A DNA stretch of 64,000 nt from Candidatus Falkowbacteria bacterium (GCA_963774955.1 CAVZGV010000004.1:67522-131521), one strand, 5' to 3'. Counted from the stretch's first letter, positions 28,023 to 38,216 are shown. Numbers and translations: made by a program. The notes: generated by a model not told the origin, from the letters alone.

Positions 28023-28934
28023 ATGAACAAGCAAATCCTGTACTACTGCCCGCAAATGGCTGACCTGGCGCCAAAAATCAAAACGCTTTGTCCTGATCTT
28101 GTTTTGGGAAACATTTCCTGGGACTTTTTCCCTGATGGTTTTCCCAACATCAAAATCAACGACGTCAAAATGGCCAAAAACGCAGACGTTATCTTTCTGG
28201 CCAGTCTGGACAGCCCGGCTGAAATTTTCAATCAGCTGAGCGTAATCTATGCCCTGCCCCGCTACCTGGTAAAATCGCTCAAAGTGATTTTGCCCTTTTA
28301 CCCGACTGGAACCATGGAAAGAATTGAAACTCAAGGTGAGATTGCCACGGCCATGACCTTGGCACGGATGCTGTCAGCAACGCCAATGACGCAAAGTGGC
28401 CCAACACAAATCATCATCTATGACATCCATGCACTCGGAGAACAGTTTTATTTTTCCGATCAGGTGCTAGTCAGACTGGAAACAGTGGCTGATTCTTTGA
28501 TCGAACTTTTTCCCAAAGATGAATACGATCTGGCTTTCCCTGATGACGGCGCTTACAAACGCTTTGCCCGTTATTTCCCGGGTTATCCCGAGATCATCTG
28601 CCAAAAAGTTCGCGATGGTGATAAGCGCATCATTCAGATCAAAGAAGGAAAGCCTCGGGGCAGAAAAATTGTCATGATTGACGATTTGATCATGTCCGGC
28701 GGAACACTTCTCGAATGCGCCCAAAAATTGCTTGAAGCCGGAGCCCTTGAAGTTCTGGCCTATGCCACCCATCCGGTTTTCCCGGTCAACTCCTGGAAAC
28801 GGTTCATAACCAGCGACATTCTTAAAGTCGTGGTGACTGATTCCTGCCCCAAAACCGTGGCCACAATCAAAGGTCAGCCGAAATTTCAGATAATTTCTCT
28901 GGCCGACAAAATCGCCAACATCATAAACGAGTAG
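28023..28934 (+). CDS. prs: ribose-phosphate pyrophosphokinase (PRPP synthetase) family protein with divergent flexible loop
   Basis: DIHALGEQFYF, PRPP motif VMIDDLIMSGGTL, YATHPVF; the loop region PFYPTGTMERIE differs from canonical PYFGYARQDR. Confidence 0.7.
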   Translation: MNKQILYYCPQMADLAPKIKTLCPDLVLGNISWDFFPDGFPNIKINDVKMAKNADVIFLASLDSPAEIFNQLSVIYALPRYLVKSLKVILPFYPTGTMERIETQGEIATAMTLARMLSATPMTQSGPTQIIIYDIHALGEQFYFSDQVLVRLETVADSLIELFPKDEYDLAFPDDGAYKRFARYFPGYPEIICQKVRDGDKRIIQIKEGKPRGRKIVMIDDLIMSGGTLLECAQKLLEAGALEVLAYATHPVFPVNSWKRFITSDILKVVVTDSCPKTVATIKGQPKFQIISLADKIANIINE

Positions 28935-28947
28935 AAAGGAGTTCAAG

Positions 28948-30915
28948 ATGGGACTGATCAAAATTGGCATGGCTAATATCGACACCACTGTCGGTGCCGT
29001 AGCTTCCAACACTGACAAAATCATCGCCTGTCTCGAAAAGATGTGCGCTGAAAAAGTCACTATTGCCTGTTTCCAGGAACAAGTAATTGGCGGTTATCCT
29101 GCCGAAGACTGGATTCAGTGGCCTGATTTCGTCGCCGCTCAACAGCGCGAACTATACAAAATCATTGCCTTGAGCGGAAAACGGAAATTTCCTGCCGTGA
29201 TCACCCTGGGAGTTACCATGAAGGTTGAAAACAACCTCTATAACTGCCAGGCGGTAATTGCTGATGGCATGTTGATCGGTATTGTGCCCAAGGAAAAACT
29301 GCCGACCTATGGAGTGTTCTACGAAGGTCGAACTTTTTCTCCCGGTATCCCTTATGATTACCGACAAATTGCCACCGGAACATTAGTCAACTTCGGCGAC
29401 ATGATTTTTAAGGCTTCTTTCGGCACTTTTGCCGTGGAAGTCTGTGAGGATATTTGGACACCGGACGGCCCCATGAAACGCCGAGCCTACAGCGGGGCCG
29501 AACTGATCATCAATGCTTCTGCATCCCCTTTCCGCGTCGGCGTGGTTAACACCCGGAAGGAAATGCTGGCCACCAGATCGGCTGACAATCAGGCCACCGT
29601 GGTCTATGTCAACCAGTATGGAGGCAATGATTCCCTGGTCTTTGACGGCGGCGGTTACATTTACCAAAATGGCCGCTGCCTGCTGGAAGCACCCCGCTGG
29701 CAATCGGGCATCTCCTACCAAACTGTGGATCTGAATGTGACTGCCACCTGTCGTCAAACAAACACCACCTGGCGGATGGATCAGCAGGAATTTCTCAAAA
29801 CCAACCAGCCGGTACAAACGATTCCGTGCAATTGTAACCGAGTTCTCAATGAGGACTATGAGTATCCCAAACCCGCGAACCAGAACTTCTTCATGCCGGC
29901 AGTGAAACCGAAAATCGACGAACGCGCCGAATATTTCGAAAATCTGATCGAAGCCATGATTACCGGGCTGGACGGTTACTATGCAAAAACCAATGCTTTC
30001 AAGGGCATTGGCATCGCTCTGTCCGGCGGCAAGGATTCCGTACTAACGCTGATGATTGCCTGGCTTTACCGCCAAAAAATTTATCAGAGAGCAAAAGAAG
30101 CAAACAACTACGCCAAAGTCAGCTTTGCTGATTTTATCCGCTGTTTCTCCATGCCGAGCAAGTTCAATTCGGATACAACCAAGAATATTTCCCGCCTGCT
30201 GTGCGAGGAACTTGAGGTCAGCCTGATTGAACTTTCGATTGAAGATGCATTTGAGCGTGAAGTCGCCGCCACAAAAAAAATGCTGGGACTGCCTCAGACA
30301 GCTGAGCTGAAAAAAATCACCCTGCAAAACATTCAGGCCAGAATCCGCGGCCAGCGCATGCTCAATTGGGCCAATGAAACCAATGGTATGTGGTTGCAAA
30401 CCGGCAACATGTCCGAGAAGGCAGTGGGATACACCACAGTCGGCGGAGACATGATGGGAGCTTACTCCCTGATTTCCAATCTGCCCAAGTCTGTCATCAT
30501 TGAACTGATTGACTATCTGACTGAAAGGTATCAGTTTGAAGGGCTGAAGCTGTTGCAACAGACCAAGCCTTCGGCTGAACTGGCACCTGACCAGGAAGAT
30601 GAAAAGGATTTGATGCCCTTCCCGATTTTAGATGCCTGTATGCATCTCTTTGTCGGGGAAAAGATGAATCCCAGTCAGATGCTGAAAGTCCTCAAAAGCA
30701 TGTGGACTGAAGAGGAACTGAGAGCCATGACTCCGGGTTATGCCCCTGACATTCTCAAGGCATGGGTTAACAAATTCATCACTCTGTTCCATCGCTCCAT
30801 TTTCAAATGGGTTCTCACCCCCGAAGGTGTCCATTTGGGAAAGGAAGATCTGGATCGTGAACGAGCCACGCAACTGCCGGTAGTAACATCTACCGAATGG
30901 TTGCCTAAGCTTTAA
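28948..30915 (+). CDS. nadE: glutamine-dependent NAD+ synthetase (CN-hydrolase plus NAD synthase domains)
   Basis: 655 aa; PP-loop SGGKDS in C-terminal domain; N-terminal nitrilase-like domain. Confidence 0.8.
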   Translation: MGLIKIGMANIDTTVGAVASNTDKIIACLEKMCAEKVTIACFQEQVIGGYPAEDWIQWPDFVAAQQRELYKIIALSGKRKFPAVITLGVTMKVENNLYNCQAVIADGMLIGIVPKEKLPTYGVFYEGRTFSPGIPYDYRQIATGTLVNFGDMIFKASFGTFAVEVCEDIWTPDGPMKRRAYSGAELIINASASPFRVGVVNTRKEMLATRSADNQATVVYVNQYGGNDSLVFDGGGYIYQNGRCLLEAPRWQSGISYQTVDLNVTATCRQTNTTWRMDQQEFLKTNQPVQTIPCNCNRVLNEDYEYPKPANQNFFMPAVKPKIDERAEYFENLIEAMITGLDGYYAKTNAFKGIGIALSGGKDSVLTLMIAWLYRQKIYQRAKEANNYAKVSFADFIRCFSMPSKFNSDTTKNISRLLCEELEVSLIELSIEDAFEREVAATKKMLGLPQTAELKKITLQNIQARIRGQRMLNWANETNGMWLQTGNMSEKAVGYTTVGGDMMGAYSLISNLPKSVIIELIDYLTERYQFEGLKLLQQTKPSAELAPDQEDEKDLMPFPILDACMHLFVGEKMNPSQMLKVLKSMWTEEELRAMTPGYAPDILKAWVNKFITLFHRSIFKWVLTPEGVHLGKEDLDRERATQLPVVTSTEWLPKL

Positions 30916-30921
30916 GCTTTA

Positions 30922-30950
30922 AGCCCCCTGCTAAGCGGGGGGCTTTTTTT
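30922..30950 (+). terminator. rho-independent terminator at end of GC-rich island
   Basis: gccccctgctaagcggggggc hairpin + T7 run. Confidence 0.7.
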
Positions 30951-31126
30951 ATACACACCCCCTCTTGCTATATCTTCATATTCTGGTAAAATGTTACATA
31001 TCTAATACAAACAGCGTCTAAGCAGCAGCAAAGCCGGCCAAACCATGGATCGGCTTTTAGTATTGACAATATCTCAATTTTGTGATATGATATGGGATAC
31101 CCTTAATTAATAATTATCCCATATTT

Positions 31127-31639
31127 ATGAAATTATTTATGTTAAATTTGCATAAAACAATTACTAAAATTAGCCAAATAGCAGAAAAAACAGCGCTTTT
31201 AGTGCTAATATTAGCCTTGGTTTGGCAATGCTTTCCCAGGGTTACTTCATTGGCTGCTATTGATACTCAATTGTTAACAACGCCTCCTCAGGAAGTTGTA
31301 GCTTTAGTAGAAAATGCCATGGAATCTCTTGGTGAGCCTAAACGAGTACTCACAGTACCGGTTACGGCCTACAACAGTTTACCGGGCCAGACTGATTCCA
31401 CTCCCTGTATTACTGCTAATGGCTTTAATTTATGTAAAAATGATACTCAAAATGTTATTGCTGCCAATTTCTTGAAATTTGGCACCAAGGTCAGATTTCC
31501 TGATTTTGATCCTGATACTATTTATACTGTTCAGGACAGAATGAATGCCAGATATACATATCGAGCTGACATTTGGATGAAATCATATGCTGATGCCAGA
31601 CAATTTGGCATTAAAAATTTAAAAATGGAAATTTACTAA
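31127..31639 (+). CDS. 3D-domain protein (MltA/YuiC-like double-psi beta-barrel), secreted
   Basis: N-terminal hydrophobic segment; conserved Asp pattern in VTAYN..TPCITANG..TKVRFPD..YTVQDRM. Confidence 0.55.
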   Translation: MKLFMLNLHKTITKISQIAEKTALLVLILALVWQCFPRVTSLAAIDTQLLTTPPQEVVALVENAMESLGEPKRVLTVPVTAYNSLPGQTDSTPCITANGFNLCKNDTQNVIAANFLKFGTKVRFPDFDPDTIYTVQDRMNARYTYRADIWMKSYADARQFGIKNLKMEIY

Positions 31640-31707
31640 AATCTTAGTATTATCACAAAAATTCGACTTATTAACAGTCGAATTTTTGTTTTTATGCTAT
31701 AATAATA

Positions 31708-32244
31708 GTGGGCCTTAAACTACTCCCCCAATACATATGCATCCATATGAAACAGAGTAGCTTTAAGATCTATCTTTTAACCAAAATAGTAAGGAATCAA
31801 AAATTCCAAATTTTGATAATTGCCTTAATTGTGGCAATTTTTTGTTTGCCTCATATTTCTTCATATGCATATTTCCAAATTGATCCTGCCAATTTTGTTC
31901 ATGATGTTCAGCGCTTCCTGGCTGTAAATTTTAAAGAAAAGCCGAGAACGATGCAACTTTATGTCACTGCTTTTTCCAGCACACCAGAAGAAACTGATGA
32001 TACTCCATGTCTAACTGCCAATGGTTATAATTTGTGTAAACATAACAAGGAAAACGTAGTTGCTTGCAATTTTTTGCCATTTGGGACTAAAATTAAATTC
32101 CCGGAGCTTGATCCGGATCAGATCTATACAGTAGTAGATAGAATGCATGAACGCTATAATAGCCGAATAGATATTTGGAAGAAGTCAAAAAGCGCCGCAA
32201 AAACGTTTGGAAAGAAATATTTAACTGTAGAAATTTATAAATAG
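31708..32244 (+). CDS. 3D-domain protein, paralog of preceding gene
   Basis: VTAFSSTPEETDDTPCLTANGYNLCKHNKENVVACNFLPFGTKIKFPELDPDQIYTVVDRMHERY is clearly paralogous to 31127 gene. Confidence 0.55.
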   Translation: MGLKLLPQYICIHMKQSSFKIYLLTKIVRNQKFQILIIALIVAIFCLPHISSYAYFQIDPANFVHDVQRFLAVNFKEKPRTMQLYVTAFSSTPEETDDTPCLTANGYNLCKHNKENVVACNFLPFGTKIKFPELDPDQIYTVVDRMHERYNSRIDIWKKSKSAAKTFGKKYLTVEIYK

Positions 32245-32246
32245 CT

Positions 32247-33017
32247 ATGAATTTATTCGAAAAACTACTGGCTAAAAATTATCAATTCCTTAAAATTCTT
32301 ATAATTATCTTGGTTATTTTTATTATTATCGCAGATGAAACCTTTAATTTTTATTATTTTCGAAAAGCGCCGCTAAATAGTCTGTTTGATGCAATAGTAA
32401 GTTTGAGCTTAACAATTGTTTTAGTAAATTTTGCCTTTTACATTATTAATATCAAACAACGTCAACTAAATGATCAGCTCAACCAATTAGCCGAAGCTTA
32501 CCAATACATTGGCCAAATTAACCGTAAAATAGATGCTTTGCTGGAACTCGATATTTCAACCTTAGACCACTCTAAGAATAATTCCCTTCACGAATCATCG
32601 TCAGTTATTTTCAAACAATTAATCAGCCTGCTCCAGGCCAAAGCCGGACTTTTTTATCTTAAACCCCCAATGCAATTCAAGGTCTATCATGGCGATCATC
32701 TTAATTCTGAAATAAAAAAATCCTTTGATTTATTGGTCAACCATGGGGTAAAAAATTTTAAATACAGCCATGGGACTGAAAACGAACAATTTTTTAAAGA
32801 TTTAGGCATTACTGCTAATATCTTAAAAAAATACACATTATTAATTAAGCCGGTATACATGCATGAAAAAGATGTGGGACATTTGATTTTACTTTTTTCT
32901 AAAAATCAGATTTTAGAAGACAGAGATTTAAATATAATCAGGATTTATTCTTTTTATCTGGCGTTAAATTATACTTTTAAACCCAACCCTTCGTTATATC
33001 AGGACAAACTTGAATAA
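32247..33017 (+). CDS. hypothetical membrane protein
   Basis: ORF track 256 aa, N-terminal TM helices. Confidence 0.45.
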   Translation: MNLFEKLLAKNYQFLKILIIILVIFIIIADETFNFYYFRKAPLNSLFDAIVSLSLTIVLVNFAFYIINIKQRQLNDQLNQLAEAYQYIGQINRKIDALLELDISTLDHSKNNSLHESSSVIFKQLISLLQAKAGLFYLKPPMQFKVYHGDHLNSEIKKSFDLLVNHGVKNFKYSHGTENEQFFKDLGITANILKKYTLLIKPVYMHEKDVGHLILLFSKNQILEDRDLNIIRIYSFYLALNYTFKPNPSLYQDKLE

Positions 33018-33076
33018 ATAGGTATTTACTGCTAAAATACAGGAAACTTACCATTATGGTAGGTTTTTAAATTTAC

Positions 33077-33120
33077 GGCCTGATAGCCAAGTGGTAAGGC
33101 GAGGGTCTGCCGTCCTTCGC
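33077..33120 (+). pseudogene. degenerate 5' fragment copy of tRNA-Cys
   Basis: GGCCTGATAGCCAAGTGGTAAGGCGAGGGTCTGC matches first 34 nt of the intact tRNA downstream (3 substitutions). Confidence 0.65.
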
Positions 33121-33135
33121 AAAATTTATAAACAC

Positions 33136-33207
<72 letters not shown>

Positions 33208-33269
33208 AAATAAATATATTTGCTACGGACGGTAAACAAAATAATTTTTAAGTCCACCGAAGCTTTAAC

Positions 33270-33378
33270 GAACGTGGACAAGACCCTCCTTCAGGAGTTT
33301 TTATCCGCCGAAGCTTTCCTGTTCGCCAAAGCTTTAGCGACGGCGGAAGCGAAGGCGGACGATTCCCACTCAGGCCTA
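33270..33378 (+). pseudogene. GC-rich tRNA-like fragments / repeat insertions downstream of tRNA-Cys
   Basis: gaccctccttcaggag..., ...ggcggacgattcccactcaggcct resemble anticodon-arm and T-arm/acceptor remnants. Confidence 0.4.
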
Positions 33379-33389
33379 ATAAAAATTTT

Positions 33390-33740
33390 ATGATATCTGA
33401 AATTGCTCAGGCTAAAATTGCCAAATTTGTTAAAAAAATATTACCCTCTATCTCCATTATTCAGAATGATGGCTTTTCTTTGGCTGAGATTGAATCCAAA
33501 GTCAAGCTGATTTTGATGGCAAATTATGATGAAAATCAGCCGGAAAAATTTAAAGATGGCTTAGAATTTATTGCCTGGATTTTTAATTTTATTTTGGAAA
33601 ATGAATATAAACTTCCAGCTAAAAGAGCTGAAGATTTAACAGTTGAATTTTTGGCGGCCATAAATCAGGAGCTTAAAAAGCCCGCCCCGACCGAAGCTAG
33701 TTCTGAAGTTAAAATACTGCCATTTACTATAAGGAAATAA
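33390..33740 (+). CDS. hypothetical protein
   Basis: ORF track 116 aa. Confidence 0.4.
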   Translation: MISEIAQAKIAKFVKKILPSISIIQNDGFSLAEIESKVKLILMANYDENQPEKFKDGLEFIAWIFNFILENEYKLPAKRAEDLTVEFLAAINQELKKPAPTEASSEVKILPFTIRK

Positions 33741-33752
33741 TTTTTTAAAACT

Positions 33753-34355
33753 ATGGCGGCTAAATTCAATTGTACCCACAAAGGAGCATTTTTAATATGC
33801 TTTTTTTTATTATTAACTTCTTGTGCGCCTAAACAGTCAATTAATACCGCCCAACCGTTACCACCTAAAATTGGCGGCCAAGACTGTCAACAGGATACAG
33901 ATTGTTTTTCCGGGGTCTGTAATTTTATCAAACAAAACATTGGCCAATGCATGGTAGCTCAATGTTCTACCAGCGAACAGGCCATCGGCATTAATGGACA
34001 GACAACCTTTTACTGCGATCACAATAACCATTGGCAAAAAGTTAAACAATTTGGTGAAACCTGCAATTACGACTATGAATGTGTTAATATCACCTGCAAA
34101 GATACTCCTAGCTGTCATCCGGGCGATTTCAAATATTATTGCCAGGAGCATGAATGCGTTGGCGAACAACAGGCTGATCCTTGCCGCCAACAAGGACTTA
34201 CCAGGATCATCCAGAAAGATGAATATTTTGATAAGGAACAATGTATTGAAACTTTTGCTCAACGTGAAATCCAAACAATCTGCGCTCCCTGCGGTGACGG
34301 TATCTGTGATCCTGAAATCGAATTTAAATGTAATTGTCCGAATGACTGTAAATAA
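33753..34355 (+). CDS. Cys-rich lipoprotein
   Basis: lipobox LLTSC; many CxxxC/CxC repeats. Confidence 0.5.
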   Translation: MAAKFNCTHKGAFLICFFLLLTSCAPKQSINTAQPLPPKIGGQDCQQDTDCFSGVCNFIKQNIGQCMVAQCSTSEQAIGINGQTTFYCDHNNHWQKVKQFGETCNYDYECVNITCKDTPSCHPGDFKYYCQEHECVGEQQADPCRQQGLTRIIQKDEYFDKEQCIETFAQREIQTICAPCGDGICDPEIEFKCNCPNDCK

Positions 34356-34376
34356 TAAGAATTAATTATAAATTTT

Positions 34377-34601
34377 ATGATTGCCAAAATTATTTTTATT
34401 CAATTTTTAGGTCTGCCCTTAATTGTCTGGGGCGGCATGTTTACTTTTTTATGTTTGATTGTTACTGCTTTAATTGCTTATCTTACCGTCAAAAACATAA
34501 AGCCCATGCCGGTAAAATGGCATGTGCACATGGCCTGGCTGACCATAATCTTAGGACTAATTCATGGCTTAGTAGCAATTTTAGCTTTTTTAGGAATTTA
34601 A
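34377..34601 (+). CDS. small membrane protein (2 TM)
   Basis: ORF track 74 aa hydrophobic. Confidence 0.4.
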   Translation: MIAKIIFIQFLGLPLIVWGGMFTFLCLIVTALIAYLTVKNIKPMPVKWHVHMAWLTIILGLIHGLVAILAFLGI

Positions 34602-34843
34602 ACCAACTTTAATACAGTTCAATCAAAAACGGGAAGCTTTTAGCCGCCCGTTTTTATTTAGCTCTTGATACTTAAATGGGTTTTTGCATTAACACCACTA
34701 TAAACCACTGTGGCGGTTCTTTTTTTGGGCTAAAAATGGTAGAATACAAATACTAGATAACGAATATACAAATTCTCTACAAATTAATACAAAGGACACT
34801 CTTTAATTAAATTTGTAATAATTTGTCACAATATTTGTAACTT

Positions 34844-37621
34844 ATGTCTAAAACAAAATCCAAATTCATACTTATTGACGGCAACGCCCTGGTCCACCGC
34901 GCTTTTCATGCTTTGCCGCCCTTAGCCACTAAAGACGGAGAACTGGTTAATGCTGTCTATGGTTTTTTATTAATATTTTTTAAAGCCATTAAAGAAATTA
35001 AACCGGAATACGTGGCCGTGACTTTTGATAAAGCCAAAAAAACCTTTCGTCATGAAATGTATACTGAATATAAAGCCACCAGAGTCAAAGCGCCCCAAGA
35101 ACTTTATGATCAGATTCCCCGCATTAAAGAACTGGTTAAGCTTTTAAATGTCCCTGTTTATGAACTGGACGGTTATGAGGCTGATGATGTCATTGGCACT
35201 ATTTGTCATTTGAAAACCGTTGATCGGCCCGATATTGAAACTATGATTGTTACGGGTGATTTGGATACTTTACAGTTGGTTGATGACAATACCAAGGTCT
35301 ACGCCCTTAAACGCGGCTTATCTGATACTATTATTTATGATGACAAAGCAGTCCAGGGACGTTTTGACGGCTTAAATCCCGATCAAATGGTTGATTACAA
35401 GTCTTTAAAGGGTGATCCGTCTGATAACATTCCCGGGGTTAAAGGTATTGGCGAAAAAACCGCCATAAACTTACTAAAACAATTTAAATCTCTGGATAAT
35501 CTTTACAAAAATATTGACAGTAAAAAAATCTCCGAATCAGTTCGGGAAAAATTAATTGAGCATAAAGATGAAGCTTTTATGAGTTACCGGTTGGCAACGA
35601 TTGTAATAGACGCCCCGGTTAAGTTTGAACTTAATGACGCCAAAATTAAAGACTACAATAAACAACCAATCATCGACATTTTACAAAAATATCAGTTTGC
35701 CAGCCTATTAAACAAATTACCTGAATTTGGCAACAATCAATCATTAACCGAAACCGACTCAACTCAAAGTCAACAATTACCTGAGCAGAAACAAACAAGC
35801 AACCATAATTATCAAATAATAAAAACGGAAAAAGAACTTGATTCATTTATAAAATTACTGGGCGAACAAAAAATTTTTGCTTTTGACTCTGAAACCACCG
35901 GACTTGATCCTTTTAATCTGCAAATTTTGGGTTTAAGTTTTGCCTGGAAAAATGACGAAGCTTATTATGTTCCCATTGCGGAGATTAACGGCGAGGGTTT
36001 ATTTGAAGAAATTAAACTTAAAACCAACTGGCTGGACAAACTCAAACCAATTCTGGAAAATCCTAAAATTGCTAAATTCGGCCATAATGTTAAATATGAC
36101 GCTGAAGTCTTACTTAATTATCAAATTAAGGTAACCCCTCTGGTTTTTGACCCCATGGTTGCTGATTATGTTCTCAATCCCGGCACCCGCTCTCACGGCC
36201 TGGATAATCTGTCCTTTACTGAATTTGGCTATCAAAAAACCAGCTTTACCCAGCTGACTACTTTGGAAAATAAAAAAAAGATTCCTATTACCCAGGTTCC
36301 TTTGGCTAAGCTAGGCACGTATTCCTGCGAAGACGCTGACTTTACCTGGCGATTATATAAGCTACTTAGTAAAAAACTGGCTGCTGAAAATTTACTCAAA
36401 TTATTTGAAGAGATTGAAATGCCTTTGGTGCCTGTTTTAATTGCCATGGAACAAAATGGCATTAAAATTGATCTGAATTTCCTTAAAACCTTTTCCGTCA
36501 AATTAACTAAACAAATAGAAACAATTTCCGAGAAAATATATAAAATAGCCGGACAGGAATTTAATATTTCTTCTCCCCTGCAATTAAAAGAAATTCTTTT
36601 TGAAAAACTGCAGATTTCTACTCATGGCATTGGCCGGACTAAAACAGGATTTTCCACGGCCGCTGATGAACTGGAAAAATTGCGCGGCCGCCACGAAATA
36701 ATTGATTTTATTTCCGAATATCGAGAACTGACTAAACTTTTATCAACTTATCTTGATGCCCTGCCAAAACTAGTTAACAAAAAAACCGGACGGGTTCATA
36801 CCAGTTTCAACCAGACCATCACTGCAACCGGCCGCTTATCATCCTCCAATCCCAATCTGCAAAATATCCCCATTAAAACAGAAATCGGTCGTGAAGTCCG
36901 CAAGGCTTTTATTGCTGAAAAAGGCTTTAAGCTGGTTTCAGCTGATTATTCTCAGATTGAATTGCGCATTGTCGCCTCTATTGCCGAAGATCAGAACATG
37001 ATCACTGCCTTTAAAAATGACCAGGACATTCATACTATTACTGCGGCTAAAATTAACAATGTCCAGCCAGAAGAAGTAACCAAGGATATGCGCCGGGCAG
37101 CCAAAGAAGTAAATTTCGGCATTATGTATGGCATGGGCGCTAATGGTCTCTCAGCCAGAACCGGTATTTCCAGAGACGAAGCCAAAGATTTTATTGAGAA
37201 ATATTTCGAGGCCTTTCCTAATATGAAAAAATATATTCAGGCAACTAAAGATTTTGTTAAAGACAACGGTTATGTAGAGACACTATTTGGCCGTAAACGT
37301 TATTTACCTGACATCCATTCCGGCGTGCTCAATATTGCCGCAGGGGCCGAGCGCATGGCCGTCAATATGCCTATCCAGGGTACTGCTGCTGACCTGATCA
37401 AACTGGCCATGATAAAAATCCATGACCTCTTGCCAGATGTTTCATCAGGTGCTAAGATGATCCTTCAGGTTCATGATGAACTGGTTTTTGAAGTCCCGGA
37501 AAAAGATGTTAAAAAAGTCAGTGACTTTGTTAAAAAAGAAATGGAGGATATTTATAAATTCAAATGCCCCATCAAAGTTGAAGTAGAAAGTGGAGAAAAT
37601 TGGGGCCATATGTCAGCCTAA
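34844..37621 (+). CDS. polA: DNA polymerase I
   Basis: 5'-3' exo N-terminus, 3'-5' exo domain, motif A DYSQIELRIVA, motif B RRAAKEVNFGIMYG, motif C QVHDELVFE. Confidence 0.9.
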   Translation: MSKTKSKFILIDGNALVHRAFHALPPLATKDGELVNAVYGFLLIFFKAIKEIKPEYVAVTFDKAKKTFRHEMYTEYKATRVKAPQELYDQIPRIKELVKLLNVPVYELDGYEADDVIGTICHLKTVDRPDIETMIVTGDLDTLQLVDDNTKVYALKRGLSDTIIYDDKAVQGRFDGLNPDQMVDYKSLKGDPSDNIPGVKGIGEKTAINLLKQFKSLDNLYKNIDSKKISESVREKLIEHKDEAFMSYRLATIVIDAPVKFELNDAKIKDYNKQPIIDILQKYQFASLLNKLPEFGNNQSLTETDSTQSQQLPEQKQTSNHNYQIIKTEKELDSFIKLLGEQKIFAFDSETTGLDPFNLQILGLSFAWKNDEAYYVPIAEINGEGLFEEIKLKTNWLDKLKPILENPKIAKFGHNVKYDAEVLLNYQIKVTPLVFDPMVADYVLNPGTRSHGLDNLSFTEFGYQKTSFTQLTTLENKKKIPITQVPLAKLGTYSCEDADFTWRLYKLLSKKLAAENLLKLFEEIEMPLVPVLIAMEQNGIKIDLNFLKTFSVKLTKQIETISEKIYKIAGQEFNISSPLQLKEILFEKLQISTHGIGRTKTGFSTAADELEKLRGRHEIIDFISEYRELTKLLSTYLDALPKLVNKKTGRVHTSFNQTITATGRLSSSNPNLQNIPIKTEIGREVRKAFIAEKGFKLVSADYSQIELRIVASIAEDQNMITAFKNDQDIHTITAAKINNVQPEEVTKDMRRAAKEVNFGIMYGMGANGLSARTGISRDEAKDFIEKYFEAFPNMKKYIQATKDFVKDNGYVETLFGRKRYLPDIHSGVLNIAAGAERMAVNMPIQGTAADLIKLAMIKIHDLLPDVSSGAKMILQVHDELVFEVPEKDVKKVSDFVKKEMEDIYKFKCPIKVEVESGENWGHMSA

Positions 37622-37645
37622 CTTCAAACAAAAGGAGGTGCCCGT

Positions 37646-38059
37646 GTGCAAGCTTATCGCAGCAAAGGCAAGATTGACCAGGAATGGCAGGAATTTTTAG
37701 ACAAAACCAATGGTTCTCTAAGAATCAGCTGGCATTGTCTGGAAAGAGTCGCTCTCAGGTTTCCGGATATGCTGGAACTGACTCAAAATGAATTTCTGTC
37801 CCTGGTCAGAGAAGGCAAACCCATTTACATTTTTCACACTCCGACAAAACATAGCCGGGGAATTATCCTGAGAAATGGGATATTGGGCTTTGCTGTCAGT
37901 TTTAATACCGGCAAGGTAATGACTACATTCAAGTACAAACCAGGTCGAATTAAAAAGTTAAGTCTTAACCCCAAAGGGGGCATGACCAGGAAAAAAACCG
38001 GCTATCACCGGCCCAGCGCCAAAATCCAGGCGCGTCAGGAAATTGAACAAGACTTCTAA
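37646..38059 (+). CDS. hypothetical protein (GTG start), GC-rich
   Basis: AAGGAGG RBS 7 nt before GTG. Confidence 0.4.
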   Translation: MQAYRSKGKIDQEWQEFLDKTNGSLRISWHCLERVALRFPDMLELTQNEFLSLVREGKPIYIFHTPTKHSRGIILRNGILGFAVSFNTGKVMTTFKYKPGRIKKLSLNPKGGMTRKKTGYHRPSAKIQARQEIEQDF

Positions 38060-38216
38060 GCGCTTGATCGTAACAACGACTAAGCGCTTTTTAAAAACAC
38101 GGATTTATTTCACGGATAACACTGATCAATATCTTAATCTATCCATGTAATCAGTGAAATAAATCCGTGGTTTAAAAAAGCCGGCCACCCGAAGGTGCCG
38201 GCGTTGTAAGCTGCGA

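Noticed and set aside
12200-30950. GC-rich region as a metagenomic mis-assembly or chimeric join from a different organism
   Set aside because: Intergenic regions inside the block are AT-rich, use the same RBS style as the core genome and contain host repeat families (GTCATGGTGAGC palindromes, REP-like hairpins) that also occur in core DNA (for example 40529-40624). Genes are tightly packed with no orientation or spacing discontinuity at the borders. A genuinely integrated island is more consistent, though read-coverage checks are still advisable.
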